Source of the DNA: Vulcanimicrobiota bacterium
GTDB taxonomy: Bacteria > Vulcanimicrobiota > Xenobia > Xenobiales > JADMJV01
NCBI GenBank assembly: GCA_050250895.1
Contig: JBFWNU010000004.1
Span: forward strand, 526,934-590,933
Length of the DNA stretch: 64,000 nucleotides
Direction: 5' to 3'
This document shows, one piece after another, positions 9,572 through 18,721 of this stretch. The position numbers were made by a program, and so were the translations under genes. Each line of letters opens with the position of its first letter. The first letter of the stretch is position 1. The notes under the pieces were generated by a model, which was given only the letters and a program-made list of their open reading frames with translations, made no database searches and had not been told where the DNA came from.

Positions 9572-10693
9572 ATGGATATCATCGAAAGATTCACCACGCC
9601 CGGCCACCCGGCCGACGAACTCGGCGCTCAGCTTGCTGTTGCGCTGCGCACCACCCGGGCCCAGCGCGGCTGCCTGCTGGTCTATAGCCGCGACCAATTG
9701 CGTCCCGTGCTCACTCGCGAGCAGGACCAGCCTCTGGATGAGCCCTGGCCCGAGATGGATTGGCAACTGGCCTGGCAGGCCTGGAACAACAATGCCTGCT
9801 TGACCAACGCTTCGACCGTAGCCGTCTGTCTGGCTGACCGGGCCCACCGCTATGGAGTCCTGTATCTCGAGCAGCTCGAGCCGGACAAACTATTCGCCGT
9901 GGAAGGGCTGGCCTGGGAGTTGACCGGCCTGCTGGCTCGGGATCAAGCCCTCTTACATCAGCGTCAACTCGAGCGTTGCCAGGCGCGAAACCGAGCCCTG
10001 ACCCAACAGGTGCTGGAACTCCAGCGCGTCAACGGTGAACTGCGGCGATTTGTCCATCTGGCGGCCAACCATCTGCAAGAACCTCTGCGCGCTCTCGACG
10101 GCTATAGCCGGATGGCCCAGGCGCATGTCACCCACCCCACTGCCAAGCTGCCCGTCACCCGCATCCAAGAGGCGGCCCAACGACTGACCGGTGTGGTTGC
10201 CGACCTGCTCGACTATAGCAAGCCGGGTGGCACCAACTTCACTCCGGTCAACCTCGACGCCGTGATCGGTCAGGCCCGTTCCGATCTCGAAAGCGAACTC
10301 AAGGCCTCTCAGGCCCGTCTATCCAGAGACCGGCTCGGCTGGGTCGAGGGTGATGCCAGCGCCCTGCGCCTGGTCTTTCGCAACCTGCTCTCGAATGCGA
10401 TCAAGTTTCGTCGCGGCTGCCGGCCGCGGATTCACGTGGGCTGCCGCGAACTCGGTGACCAGCTCGAGCTGAGCTTTGTGGACGATGGCATCGGTCTACC
10501 CCCGGAGCGCCTGGAAGAGGTCTTCGAACCGTTTCGCCGCCTGCACACCCTGGAGGAATATCCCGGCACCGGACTCGGTCTGACCATCGCCCGCTCCATC
10601 GTCGAACGACACCGCGGCCGTCTGCGGCTCGAGTCCAACCACTTCAGCGGCACCACGGCGATCGTGCTGCTCCCTTTGAAGGCCGGCCGATGA
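9572..10693 (+). CDS. Sensor histidine kinase with atypical H-box
   Basis: NHLQEPLR; NLLSNAIKF, DDGIG and GTGLGL boxes. Confidence 0.85.
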   Translation: MDIIERFTTPGHPADELGAQLAVALRTTRAQRGCLLVYSRDQLRPVLTREQDQPLDEPWPEMDWQLAWQAWNNNACLTNASTVAVCLADRAHRYGVLYLEQLEPDKLFAVEGLAWELTGLLARDQALLHQRQLERCQARNRALTQQVLELQRVNGELRRFVHLAANHLQEPLRALDGYSRMAQAHVTHPTAKLPVTRIQEAAQRLTGVVADLLDYSKPGGTNFTPVNLDAVIGQARSDLESELKASQARLSRDRLGWVEGDASALRLVFRNLLSNAIKFRRGCRPRIHVGCRELGDQLELSFVDDGIGLPPERLEEVFEPFRRLHTLEEYPGTGLGLTIARSIVERHRGRLRLESNHFSGTTAIVLLPLKAGR

Positions 10694-11070
10694 GAGCAAG
10701 ACGAGGCTTCAGCTTGCTCGAGGTCTGCGTGGCCGGACTGCTGCTGTTGCTGGTCGCCTCATTTGTGCTAAGGCCTCTCACCTCGACCCGGCGAGGGTCC
10801 CAACAACTCGACGCCCGCCTGCAGGTGCTGCGAGTGGCCACCGAACTGTGCGATGAGCTCAACGCCCGACCTTTTGACGACATCGTCGCCGAAGATGGCC
10901 ATCGAAGCCTGGAGTGGAGTGGCTGCCAGCTCGAGCTAGACTACCAAATCCAGGTGCGCCAGATGGCCTCCAACCTCAAGAGCGTGGCGATTCGCCTGGA
11001 GTGGGAGCAAGGTGGCCTCGACCACCACCTCGACTTCGGCACCACCATCGGAGAGGTCATCTTGCCATGA
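10690..11070 (+). CDS. Prepilin (minor pilin/pseudopilin)
   Basis: RRG|FSLLEV class III signal peptide. Confidence 0.85.
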   Translation: MRARRGFSLLEVCVAGLLLLLVASFVLRPLTSTRRGSQQLDARLQVLRVATELCDELNARPFDDIVAEDGHRSLEWSGCQLELDYQIQVRQMASNLKSVAIRLEWEQGGLDHHLDFGTTIGEVILP

Positions 11071-11621
11071 GACGTCGCGCCTTCACTTTGCTCGAACTCG
11101 TGCTGGCGGCTGGCTTGACCACCCTGCTGCTGAGCCTCATGTTGAGCCTGTTGAGTTATGGCCGAGGTGAATTCTTGCTGGCCCTGGAGGACAACGATCT
11201 GGCCAACGCCTCCTATCGTGCCCCTCGGTTCATCGCCGACCAGCTACGCTTTAGCCCGGCGGCCTCGCTAAGTTCGAGCCCATCCGGAATCGCCTTTCTC
11301 AGCGCTTACGACGACCACGGCTCGTACCGGCTCGATGACCAGGGTAGACCGCTCTGGCAAGCCTATGAACACTACTTCATCGAACCCGGCACCCATAACC
11401 TGCGCCACCGCCGGCTCGGCTTCAGCGGCGATCTGGCGGTGCCCATCGAGGCCCATCGGCTGCAAGCCCTGGGGCCGGCCCGTCTGGTGGCTCGTGACAT
11501 CACCGCTTTGCGGCTCGAACAGCCAGAAGAGGGTTGGCAACTGGTGTTGTCGGTCGAGCACCAGCGTGGCTCGAAGACTCTAGGAGGGGAGGTCCGGCTT
11601 TGGGTCTTTCCCATCGAATAA
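11067..11621 (+). CDS. Prepilin (PilW/GspJ-like)
   Basis: RRRA|FTLLEL; ATGA overlap with the upstream stop. Confidence 0.85.
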   Translation: MRRRAFTLLELVLAAGLTTLLLSLMLSLLSYGRGEFLLALEDNDLANASYRAPRFIADQLRFSPAASLSSSPSGIAFLSAYDDHGSYRLDDQGRPLWQAYEHYFIEPGTHNLRHRRLGFSGDLAVPIEAHRLQALGPARLVARDITALRLEQPEEGWQLVLSVEHQRGSKTLGGEVRLWVFPIE

Positions 11622-12535
11622 ACCGTTCCGGCTTTCTACTCATCGCCGTGCTGGCGATGACCGGCGTATTGTTCCTGTTCGCTTTGACCGTGGTCAACTT
11701 CCACCGTGCCAGAACCCAACTCTTCCGCAAGGCCGAGTCGACCGCCCGAGCCCGCGAGGCCGCGCGCTCGGGCATGAACTGGGGTCTGGCCGCTCTCTCG
11801 CGCGAGCCCGAATCGTCGCCAGCCTTTGGACCCTCTCCCATCTTGCCCGGGGCCGAGGCCACCCTGGTCACCCTCGAGCGCACCAGCGAAGGCCTCGTGC
11901 GCTTGCAGAGCACAGGCACGTCGGGCACCAGCCAGGCGGTCGAAGAGGCCCTGATCAGCCCTGCTCACACCGTGCTGCTCAACGAATTCGAAAGCGATGC
12001 CTCGCAATGGCAACAAAGCTTCGGTATTCCGGTGGTGGTGGGTGGCCACTATCTGCTCGACGTGGGACTGTTCAATCTGGTTACCACCGCCGGTGACCCC
12101 GAATGGGAGGACTACACCGCCGATTTCAGGGCCCTTCTGAGCCAGGGGCTCGGCCTGGGAATGTTGGTGAGAGTGACCAGCGACGCCGAGGGCCTCGACG
12201 CCTACCGGGCCGACTTCGTGCCCGACCTTACAGGTGGGCGCTTTCGCCTCACCCGCATCGAGAATGATCACCCCCAGGTGGTGGCCGAGAAGCGACTAGC
12301 CGATAGCGGGCTTGGCCTGCTCTTCGCACTGAACCTCTGGCACGACTTTCGCATCACCGCCGCCAACGACCGGTTGACCCTCAGGGTCGACGGAACCGAG
12401 GTGCTGTCGTATCAAGACCCCGATCCGCTGCCCTCGGGGGCCATCGGCGTGCAACCAGCCCTGGGAACCATCATGCTGCTCGACCGCGTCGAGGTCATCG
12501 CTCATCAGGAGGTGTTGGCTCGATGGCGACACTGA
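11600..12535 (+). CDS. PilX/GspK-like pilin fused to a concanavalin-like (DUF1080-type) domain
   Basis: TTG start 7 nt after GGAGGT. SG|FLLIAVL lacks Glu5; AREAARSG; WEDY, WHDFRI, LRVDG and SGAIG motifs. Confidence 0.7.
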   Translation: MGLSHRINRSGFLLIAVLAMTGVLFLFALTVVNFHRARTQLFRKAESTARAREAARSGMNWGLAALSREPESSPAFGPSPILPGAEATLVTLERTSEGLVRLQSTGTSGTSQAVEEALISPAHTVLLNEFESDASQWQQSFGIPVVVGGHYLLDVGLFNLVTTAGDPEWEDYTADFRALLSQGLGLGMLVRVTSDAEGLDAYRADFVPDLTGGRFRLTRIENDHPQVVAEKRLADSGLGLLFALNLWHDFRITAANDRLTLRVDGTEVLSYQDPDPLPSGAIGVQPALGTIMLLDRVEVIAHQEVLARWRH

Positions 12536-14049
12536 GCGAAGCGGCCCAGGCTAACCGTCTGCCCTATGTGAGTCTCGAGCACTATCGGCCCGAGCCCGAC
12601 GTGATCGGCCTGGTGCCCTATGATACGGCCCTTCGGCTCGAGGTGCTGCCGCTGTTTCGCGTGGACGAGCGATTGGTGACCGCCGTCAGCGGCATCGACT
12701 TTCTGCCCGTGGCCGACTATCTGGTGCGGCTAACCGGTCTCGATATCGAGCCGGTCCTGGCCGATCCCGCCCAGGTACGTCAGGCTCAGCAAAGGTACTA
12801 CGTGGCCGAGGGTCGCTCGGGGGTCGAGTTGGGGCGGCGGGCCTCGGCGGCCCTCGAGAAGCGTTCCGGGGAGGAGGAACCGCGCCGGGTGGGCTCTCCG
12901 GTGGCGCGCCTGTTCGAGCAACTGATCGCCCAGGCCCTGAGTCTGCGCGCCAGTGACCTGCACCTGGAGATCAGCCACGGCCGGCCGCGGTTGCGCTATC
13001 GAGTCGACGGCGTGCTGCACGATTTCGAGCCTCCGCCCGCCGATGTCTATCCAGCTCTCATCTCACGCATCAAGATCCTGTGCGACCTCGACATCGCCGA
13101 GAAACGTCGTCCCCAGGACGGCCGCACTTCGGTCGAGCACGATGGGCAGAACATCGAACTGCGGGTCTCGATCATCCCTCACCTTGACGGCGAGGGAGCA
13201 GTGATCCGACTGCTCGGCTCGGCCGATCGCTTCCTCGCCCTCGACCAGATCGGACTCGACGACCAGACTCTCGACAGCTATCGCCGTCTCATTCATCACT
13301 CGCACGGCCTGGTGCTGGTGACAGGGCCCACCGGCGCGGGCAAGACCACCACCCTCTACGCCACCCTGGCCGAAATCAATTCGCCGCGGCGCAAGATCCT
13401 GACTCTGGAAGACCCGGTCGAGTACCGCCTCGAGGGCATCTGCCAGATTCCGGTGCGCCCCAACCTCGAGTTCACTTTCGCCGAGGGGTTGCGCTCGGTC
13501 TTGCGCCACGACCCTGATGTGATTCTCATCGGCGAGATCCGCGATCGCGAATCGGCCGAGATCGCGGTCCGGGCCAGCCTCACCGGCCACCTCATTTTCG
13601 CCAGTCTGCACACGAATGACGCGCTACTGGCAGTCCACCGGTTGCTCGACATCGGGGTGCCTTACTACAAAGTGATGACCTCGTTGCTGGGCGTGCTGTC
13701 CCAACGTCTGGTGCGCAAGCTCTGCCCGGAGTGCAAGCGGCCCGCCGAGCTAGACGAGCCTCAACGGCAGGCCTCCGGACTGCGGACTGACCAGACCGTT
13801 TATCAGGCGGTGGGGTGCGAAGCCTGCCAGGGCCTGGGTTATCGGGGCCGGATCCCGATCTATGAACTGCTCGAGGTCAACCGCGCCGTGCGCGCCTTGA
13901 GCGAAGCCCAGATGCTAGCCGGGGCTCTCGAAGAAAAGGCCCTCGAGCACGGCTTTGTGTCGATGCTCGAGCGCAGCCGCCAACTGGCACTGGCCGGGCA
14001 AACCTCCCTCGAAGAACTCGAGGGGATCGGAATGGATGAGAGACGATGA
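12523..14049 (+). CDS. pilB: PilB/GspE assembly ATPase
   Basis: ASDLHLE, RYRVDG, GPTGAGKTT, EDPVE, GEIRD, LHTN and two CxxC motifs. Confidence 0.93.
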   Translation: MATLSEAAQANRLPYVSLEHYRPEPDVIGLVPYDTALRLEVLPLFRVDERLVTAVSGIDFLPVADYLVRLTGLDIEPVLADPAQVRQAQQRYYVAEGRSGVELGRRASAALEKRSGEEEPRRVGSPVARLFEQLIAQALSLRASDLHLEISHGRPRLRYRVDGVLHDFEPPPADVYPALISRIKILCDLDIAEKRRPQDGRTSVEHDGQNIELRVSIIPHLDGEGAVIRLLGSADRFLALDQIGLDDQTLDSYRRLIHHSHGLVLVTGPTGAGKTTTLYATLAEINSPRRKILTLEDPVEYRLEGICQIPVRPNLEFTFAEGLRSVLRHDPDVILIGEIRDRESAEIAVRASLTGHLIFASLHTNDALLAVHRLLDIGVPYYKVMTSLLGVLSQRLVRKLCPECKRPAELDEPQRQASGLRTDQTVYQAVGCEACQGLGYRGRIPIYELLEVNRAVRALSEAQMLAGALEEKALEHGFVSMLERSRQLALAGQTSLEELEGIGMDERR

Positions 14050-15260
14050 ACCAGTTCTTCTATGGAGTCAAGGACCACGACGGGGTGCGCCGCTCGGGTA
14101 TCATCGAGGCCGAGAATACAGGAGAGGCTCTGGCCACTTTGCGCGGGCGATTTCCCCTGGTCTTACGCCTGGACCCGGTAGGTGGAGACGCCTGGAGCTG
14201 GCGCACTCTCATGGCGCGCCATCGCGTCACCCAGGACGAAGTGGTGGCCCTCACGCAGCAACTGTCCTCCATCCTGGAGGCAGGCCTCTCCTTCGGGGCG
14301 GCTCTCGATATTCTCTTGCTCGACCGTGTCCATCGCCGCCCGGTGCGCGAGATGCTGGTGGATATCGCTGCCAGCATCAACGAGGGGAACGCGTTCTCGC
14401 AATCGCTGCGACGCCATCCTGCCGTGTTCTCGGAGATGTATGTCGGACTGGTGGAAGCCGGCGAGAACTCGGCCCGGCTACCCGAGGTACTGGAACGCCT
14501 GGCCAACTTCATGGACAAGAGCTTGCGTCTACGAATGGACATCCTCTCGGCCACCATCTACCCGGCGCTGGTGCTGGTCTTTGGCTTCATGGTCGCCATG
14601 GCGACTCTACTCTATGGAGCCCCGATGATTCGCCAGATGTACCGCTCGGCCGGGGTCGAGCTGCCCTGGATGAGCCGCATCTTTATCGAAGGGGGCAACT
14701 GGCTGGCCGGATTCAAAGGATGGCTCGTCCTGTTGCTGATCGGACTGGGGCTGGCCGCCTATCGCTTCTGGAAGAGCCCGACCGCGCGCGAGAAGCTCGA
14801 ACAGTCGGTGCTGGCTTTGGGCCCCCTCCGAGAGCTGATGCTAGAGAGCGCCGTGGCCCGTTGTTGCCGGACCCTGGCTACCCTCTACGGCAGCGGAGTT
14901 CCCGTCCTCAACGCTTTGCGGATGACCGCCCGAGGGGCCGGAAACTCGGGCCTGTCTCGGCTGTTTCATAAAGTGGCCGACGAGGTGGCCGCGGGGCGCC
15001 CTCTGTCCGAACCGCTACTGGCTTCAAGCCTGTTTCCGCCGATGGCGGCGGGGATGATCACGGCCGGCGAGGCCTCGGGCACCCTGCCCGCCATGCTCGA
15101 GAAGGTGGCCGATTACTATGAACGTCGAGTTGACTTCACGCTCAAATCGGTGGCCAAACTGATCGAGCCCTTCCTCATTCTGGGGGTGGGCGCGCTCATC
15201 GGCTCGGTAGTGGTAGCCCTGGGCTTGCCCTTCATGAATCTGGTGGCGGTGCTGAATTAG
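14046..15260 (+). CDS. pilC: PilC/GspF platform protein
   Basis: Two T2SSF repeats (AGENSARL..YP; AGEASGTL..IEP). Confidence 0.9.
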   Translation: MNQFFYGVKDHDGVRRSGIIEAENTGEALATLRGRFPLVLRLDPVGGDAWSWRTLMARHRVTQDEVVALTQQLSSILEAGLSFGAALDILLLDRVHRRPVREMLVDIAASINEGNAFSQSLRRHPAVFSEMYVGLVEAGENSARLPEVLERLANFMDKSLRLRMDILSATIYPALVLVFGFMVAMATLLYGAPMIRQMYRSAGVELPWMSRIFIEGGNWLAGFKGWLVLLLIGLGLAAYRFWKSPTAREKLEQSVLALGPLRELMLESAVARCCRTLATLYGSGVPVLNALRMTARGAGNSGLSRLFHKVADEVAAGRPLSEPLLASSLFPPMAAGMITAGEASGTLPAMLEKVADYYERRVDFTLKSVAKLIEPFLILGVGALIGSVVVALGLPFMNLVAVLN

Positions 15261-17479
15261 TGAATGTACTTCTGATCGAGGATAGTCCCACTGATGCCGA
15301 GTTGCTCGAGTTCAAACTCTCGCAACGGGGCAATGGCGAAATCAACCTCGAATGGGTCAGCCGCCTGGCCGATGGCCTGGCTCGCCTCGAGGAAGAAGGG
15401 TTTGACCTGGTTCTGCTGGACCTGAGCTTGCCTGACGCCCAGGGCCTGGGCACCTTTCAGCGACTCAATCAGAACGCCAGCGCCTCGCGCCTGCCGATCG
15501 TGGTGCTGACCGGGCTGGCCGATTCGCAACTGGCCATCGACACGGTCCGCGAGGGCGCCCAGGATTACCTGGTTAAAGACGAAGTCGACGGCCGTATCCT
15601 GCTACGCTCGCTCCACTATGCCATCGAGCGCAAGAAGGTCCAGCTCGAGGCCCTGCGCCTGCGCCACGAGGCCGAGCAGATGGAACGCCGCCGCTCAGAG
15701 TTTTTAGCCATGGTGAGCCACGAACTGCGCAACCCCATGACGGGCATCCTGGGTTACGGTCACCTGCTCAGCAAGACGCAGTTGGACCTGCTTCAGCGCG
15801 AATACGTCGAGGCCATCTGTGGTGGCGCCCAATCCCTGGTCGCCCTGCTCAACAATCTGCTCGAGCTCTCGAGCGCCGAGGCTGGCCAGGTCCGGCTCGA
15901 ATCCCAACCGGTCGACTTGCGCGAGGTACTCGAGGAAACCGTGGCCCTGCAACTAGCCCAGGTTCGCCAAAAGGGGCTGGAACTGGTTTGCACCATCGAC
16001 CCGGCCATCCCCGACAGGGTGACCAGCGATCCTCTCAAGGTGCGCCAGGTTCTGCTCAACCTGCTCACCAACGCTACCAAGTTCACCGAGCGAGGCTATC
16101 TCGGAGTCAGCGCTCGGGTGCGAGCCCAGGCCAACCAGTCGGTAGTGGTGCGCTTCGTGGTCGAAGACAGCGGTCGCGGCATTCCGCCCGAGAAAAAGAA
16201 GACCGTCTTTCAGCCCTTCAGCCAGACCGAAAGCTCCGATCGCGAAGTCGGTTCGGGGCTGGGCCTGGCCATCTGCCAGAAGGTCGTCCAGGCCATGGGC
16301 GGTGTGTTGGGGGTCGAAAGCCAGTTGGGCTCGGGCACGGCCTTCTGGTTCGATCTGCCCTTCAACGTCGTCACCCCCTCGAGCTTGAATGACCGGCTGC
16401 GCGGACGGAGGGTACTGGTGGCCGATCACGATCGGCAAGTGTCCTCGGCCCACGCCTTCATGCTCCGCGAACTGGGGGCCGAGGTCCTTCGGGTCGGCGA
16501 TGCAGCGCTCTTGTTGAAAGAAGCCACCAATCAGACCTTCGACGCCCTGTTGATCAGCTCGGAGTTCGACGCCGGCCGAGGCGGCCAACTCGCCTCGCAA
16601 CTGAGCCCTCGTATCCCCCAACGGCTGGTCTCGGACTACGAAAAACGCGGCCAGCTACCTTGCGGAGCGACCTTCGTAAGTCGGCCCCTGCGTCTGGCCG
16701 ACCTGTGCCGGCCCGAAACCGTGGGGGCACCCGCTCCCGAGCGAGGCGGGCGTCTCCTCGAGGGCAAGATCCTGGTGGTAGACGACGACCCGATTTGTGG
16801 TCGCCTGGTGGAAGCCATCGCCAGCAGCCTCGGCCTCGAGAGCCGGCTGGCCGCCACCGGAGCCCGGGCCCGTGAACTGGCCGACCGCCACGACTTTCAA
16901 TTGATCTTGCTCGACTTTCGCCTGCCCGACATTGACGGCTTGCAACTGGCCCAGCAACTGAGAAGCCGCCAACCAAAAGCTCTGATAGTAGCCGTGAGCG
17001 GTTTGTCGTCGCCCACCGCGGCCCAGTTGGAAGAGGCTGGCCTGGACCGATTTCTGGCCAAGCCGGTGGCGCCCGTACTGTTGGAAGAACTCATTCGCCA
17101 GGCCTTCACTCCGGTCAGCGCCATCGACTGGGCGACGCTGGCCAGCCTGAAGAAGTACGAGCGAGGCCAGAACTCGAACTTGATTCGTGATCTGATCGAA
17201 GCCTTCCTGAACACTTCCGTCGAGCGTTCCCAAGCCCTGCGCACCAGTCTCGAAAACGACGACCGCGAGTCTTTGCGCCGGGTGGCGCACCAACTCAAAG
17301 GTGCAGCCGCCTCGGTTGGGGCGGCTCTGGTGGCTGAGCGGTCCGACCGGCTCGAGAACCTGGACGACCCGGAAGCGTTGGCCCGAGTCACCAACAGCTT
17401 GCTGGATGCCCTCGACCAATCGCTGACCGAACTGAGACAGTATCTCCAAGAGAGGGCAGCTGATGTTCGAGAAACTTAA
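15260..17479 (+). CDS. Hybrid histidine kinase REC-HisKA-HATPase-REC(degenerate)-REC-Hpt
   Basis: SHELRNP, NATKFT, GSGLGL, LLDFRLPD and AHQLKGAA. Confidence 0.92.
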   Translation: MNVLLIEDSPTDAELLEFKLSQRGNGEINLEWVSRLADGLARLEEEGFDLVLLDLSLPDAQGLGTFQRLNQNASASRLPIVVLTGLADSQLAIDTVREGAQDYLVKDEVDGRILLRSLHYAIERKKVQLEALRLRHEAEQMERRRSEFLAMVSHELRNPMTGILGYGHLLSKTQLDLLQREYVEAICGGAQSLVALLNNLLELSSAEAGQVRLESQPVDLREVLEETVALQLAQVRQKGLELVCTIDPAIPDRVTSDPLKVRQVLLNLLTNATKFTERGYLGVSARVRAQANQSVVVRFVVEDSGRGIPPEKKKTVFQPFSQTESSDREVGSGLGLAICQKVVQAMGGVLGVESQLGSGTAFWFDLPFNVVTPSSLNDRLRGRRVLVADHDRQVSSAHAFMLRELGAEVLRVGDAALLLKEATNQTFDALLISSEFDAGRGGQLASQLSPRIPQRLVSDYEKRGQLPCGATFVSRPLRLADLCRPETVGAPAPERGGRLLEGKILVVDDDPICGRLVEAIASSLGLESRLAATGARARELADRHDFQLILLDFRLPDIDGLQLAQQLRSRQPKALIVAVSGLSSPTAAQLEEAGLDRFLAKPVAPVLLEELIRQAFTPVSAIDWATLASLKKYERGQNSNLIRDLIEAFLNTSVERSQALRTSLENDDRESLRRVAHQLKGAAASVGAALVAERSDRLENLDDPEALARVTNSLLDALDQSLTELRQYLQERAADVRET

Positions 17480-18356
17480 CCCCTTCCGCCGGGTTCGCGC
17501 TCTGGGCGTCGATATCGGCAGTTTCTCGCTCAAGTGGGCGGTGGTGGATCAGACGCGCCGCCAGGTCATCAGAACCGGCTGTCACCCTTTCGAACGAGCC
17601 ATGAGTTTTGACACGTTGCTTGACGAACTGGCCACCGGTTTGGCCGAGGTCAGCGCCGACACGCCTTTGCATTCGGCCGTGGGAGGACGAGCCACGGCCT
17701 ATGGATATCTCGAATTCTCGTCGCTCAGTGAAGAGGAACTGGCCATTGCCTGCCAGGCCGAGGCCCAACAGTGGATTCCCTTTGCCCCCGACGAGATGCG
17801 TTTTAGCTACAGTCGGGTGCCGCCCCTCACCGATGGAGCCGGACAGGGCGTGTTCTATGCGGCTGCCCTCGACCGCGAAGTAACGCGTCTGCGAGGCCTG
17901 CTCAGCCGAGCCCTGCGCGAACCCGACCGACTCGAGGTGCCTCCCTTGCCCCTGGCTCGAGAGTTCGCCTGGCGCGAACCCGACGAGACCGATTTCGTAG
18001 CTTTGATCAGTGTCGGCTACTCGAGCACGCTGCTGGTGGTGGCGCGCCAGGGCTATCCCTACTACGCCCGCGAGTTCACCCCCGGAGCCCGCCATTTCAT
18101 CAGTCTGCTGCCCAGCGAAAACGCCTTTCGCCAGGCCGATTTTTCGCACCCCCGGGTAGCCAATCCCCTGGTTCGCCTGGTTAACGGTGTCGGGCGCAGT
18201 CTGGCCGCCTTCGCCCCGGCCGGGGATTGCCGCCTGGTGCTAACCGGAGGCGGCTCGAGCCAATCTCTGGCCGATTGCCTGGGCCAGCGCCTGGGCCGCC
18301 CGGTCAGCTACGACGACGCCGGGCTCTTTCGCACGGCCGTCGGTCTGGCTGTATGA
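17463..18356 (+). CDS. pilM: PilM-like actin-fold pilus assembly protein
   Basis: LGVDIGSFSLK, EAQQWIPF, LTGGGS; pilus operon context. Confidence 0.8.
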   Translation: MFEKLNPFRRVRALGVDIGSFSLKWAVVDQTRRQVIRTGCHPFERAMSFDTLLDELATGLAEVSADTPLHSAVGGRATAYGYLEFSSLSEEELAIACQAEAQQWIPFAPDEMRFSYSRVPPLTDGAGQGVFYAAALDREVTRLRGLLSRALREPDRLEVPPLPLAREFAWREPDETDFVALISVGYSSTLLVVARQGYPYYAREFTPGARHFISLLPSENAFRQADFSHPRVANPLVRLVNGVGRSLAAFAPAGDCRLVLTGGGSSQSLADCLGQRLGRPVSYDDAGLFRTAVGLAV

Positions 18357-18721
18357 CCGTCTATCTCGGCGACCATCACGGCGAGGCTGGTCTGGACCGG
18401 GCCCTCCTCGAGGCCGGCTTCGAGGTTCGGACTTTCGCCGACGGCCTGGACCTCTACTACGCCATCCTCGAGGCGCCCCCAGCTCTGATCGTGGCCGAAC
18501 TGATGCTGCCTTCGCTCGACGGCTTCGTCCTGGCCCGGCTGGTCCATTTCGACTCTCGGCTGGCTCGCCTGCCCATCATCTGCCTGACCTGGTTTGACCA
18601 ACCTGACCTCGAAGAGCGACTCGAACGACTGGGCTGCCGGCATCTGCTGCGGCGGCCCGTCGAACCACAGCGTCTGGTCAGCCTGGTTCGGTCTCTGACT
18701 GAGCGGCCGGCCCTGGCTTGA
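18353..18721 (+). CDS. Single-domain pseudo-receiver protein
   Basis: REC fold, but LIVAELMLP has Glu at the phospho-Asp position and RRP replaces KP. Confidence 0.75.
   Translation: MTVYLGDHHGEAGLDRALLEAGFEVRTFADGLDLYYAILEAPPALIVAELMLPSLDGFVLARLVHFDSRLARLPIICLTWFDQPDLEERLERLGCRHLLRRPVEPQRLVSLVRSLTERPALA

Noticed and set aside
11618-11621. Non-canonical ATA start for the PilX-lectin gene
   Set aside because: An in-frame TTG at 11600 with a strong GGAGG SD explains the start.
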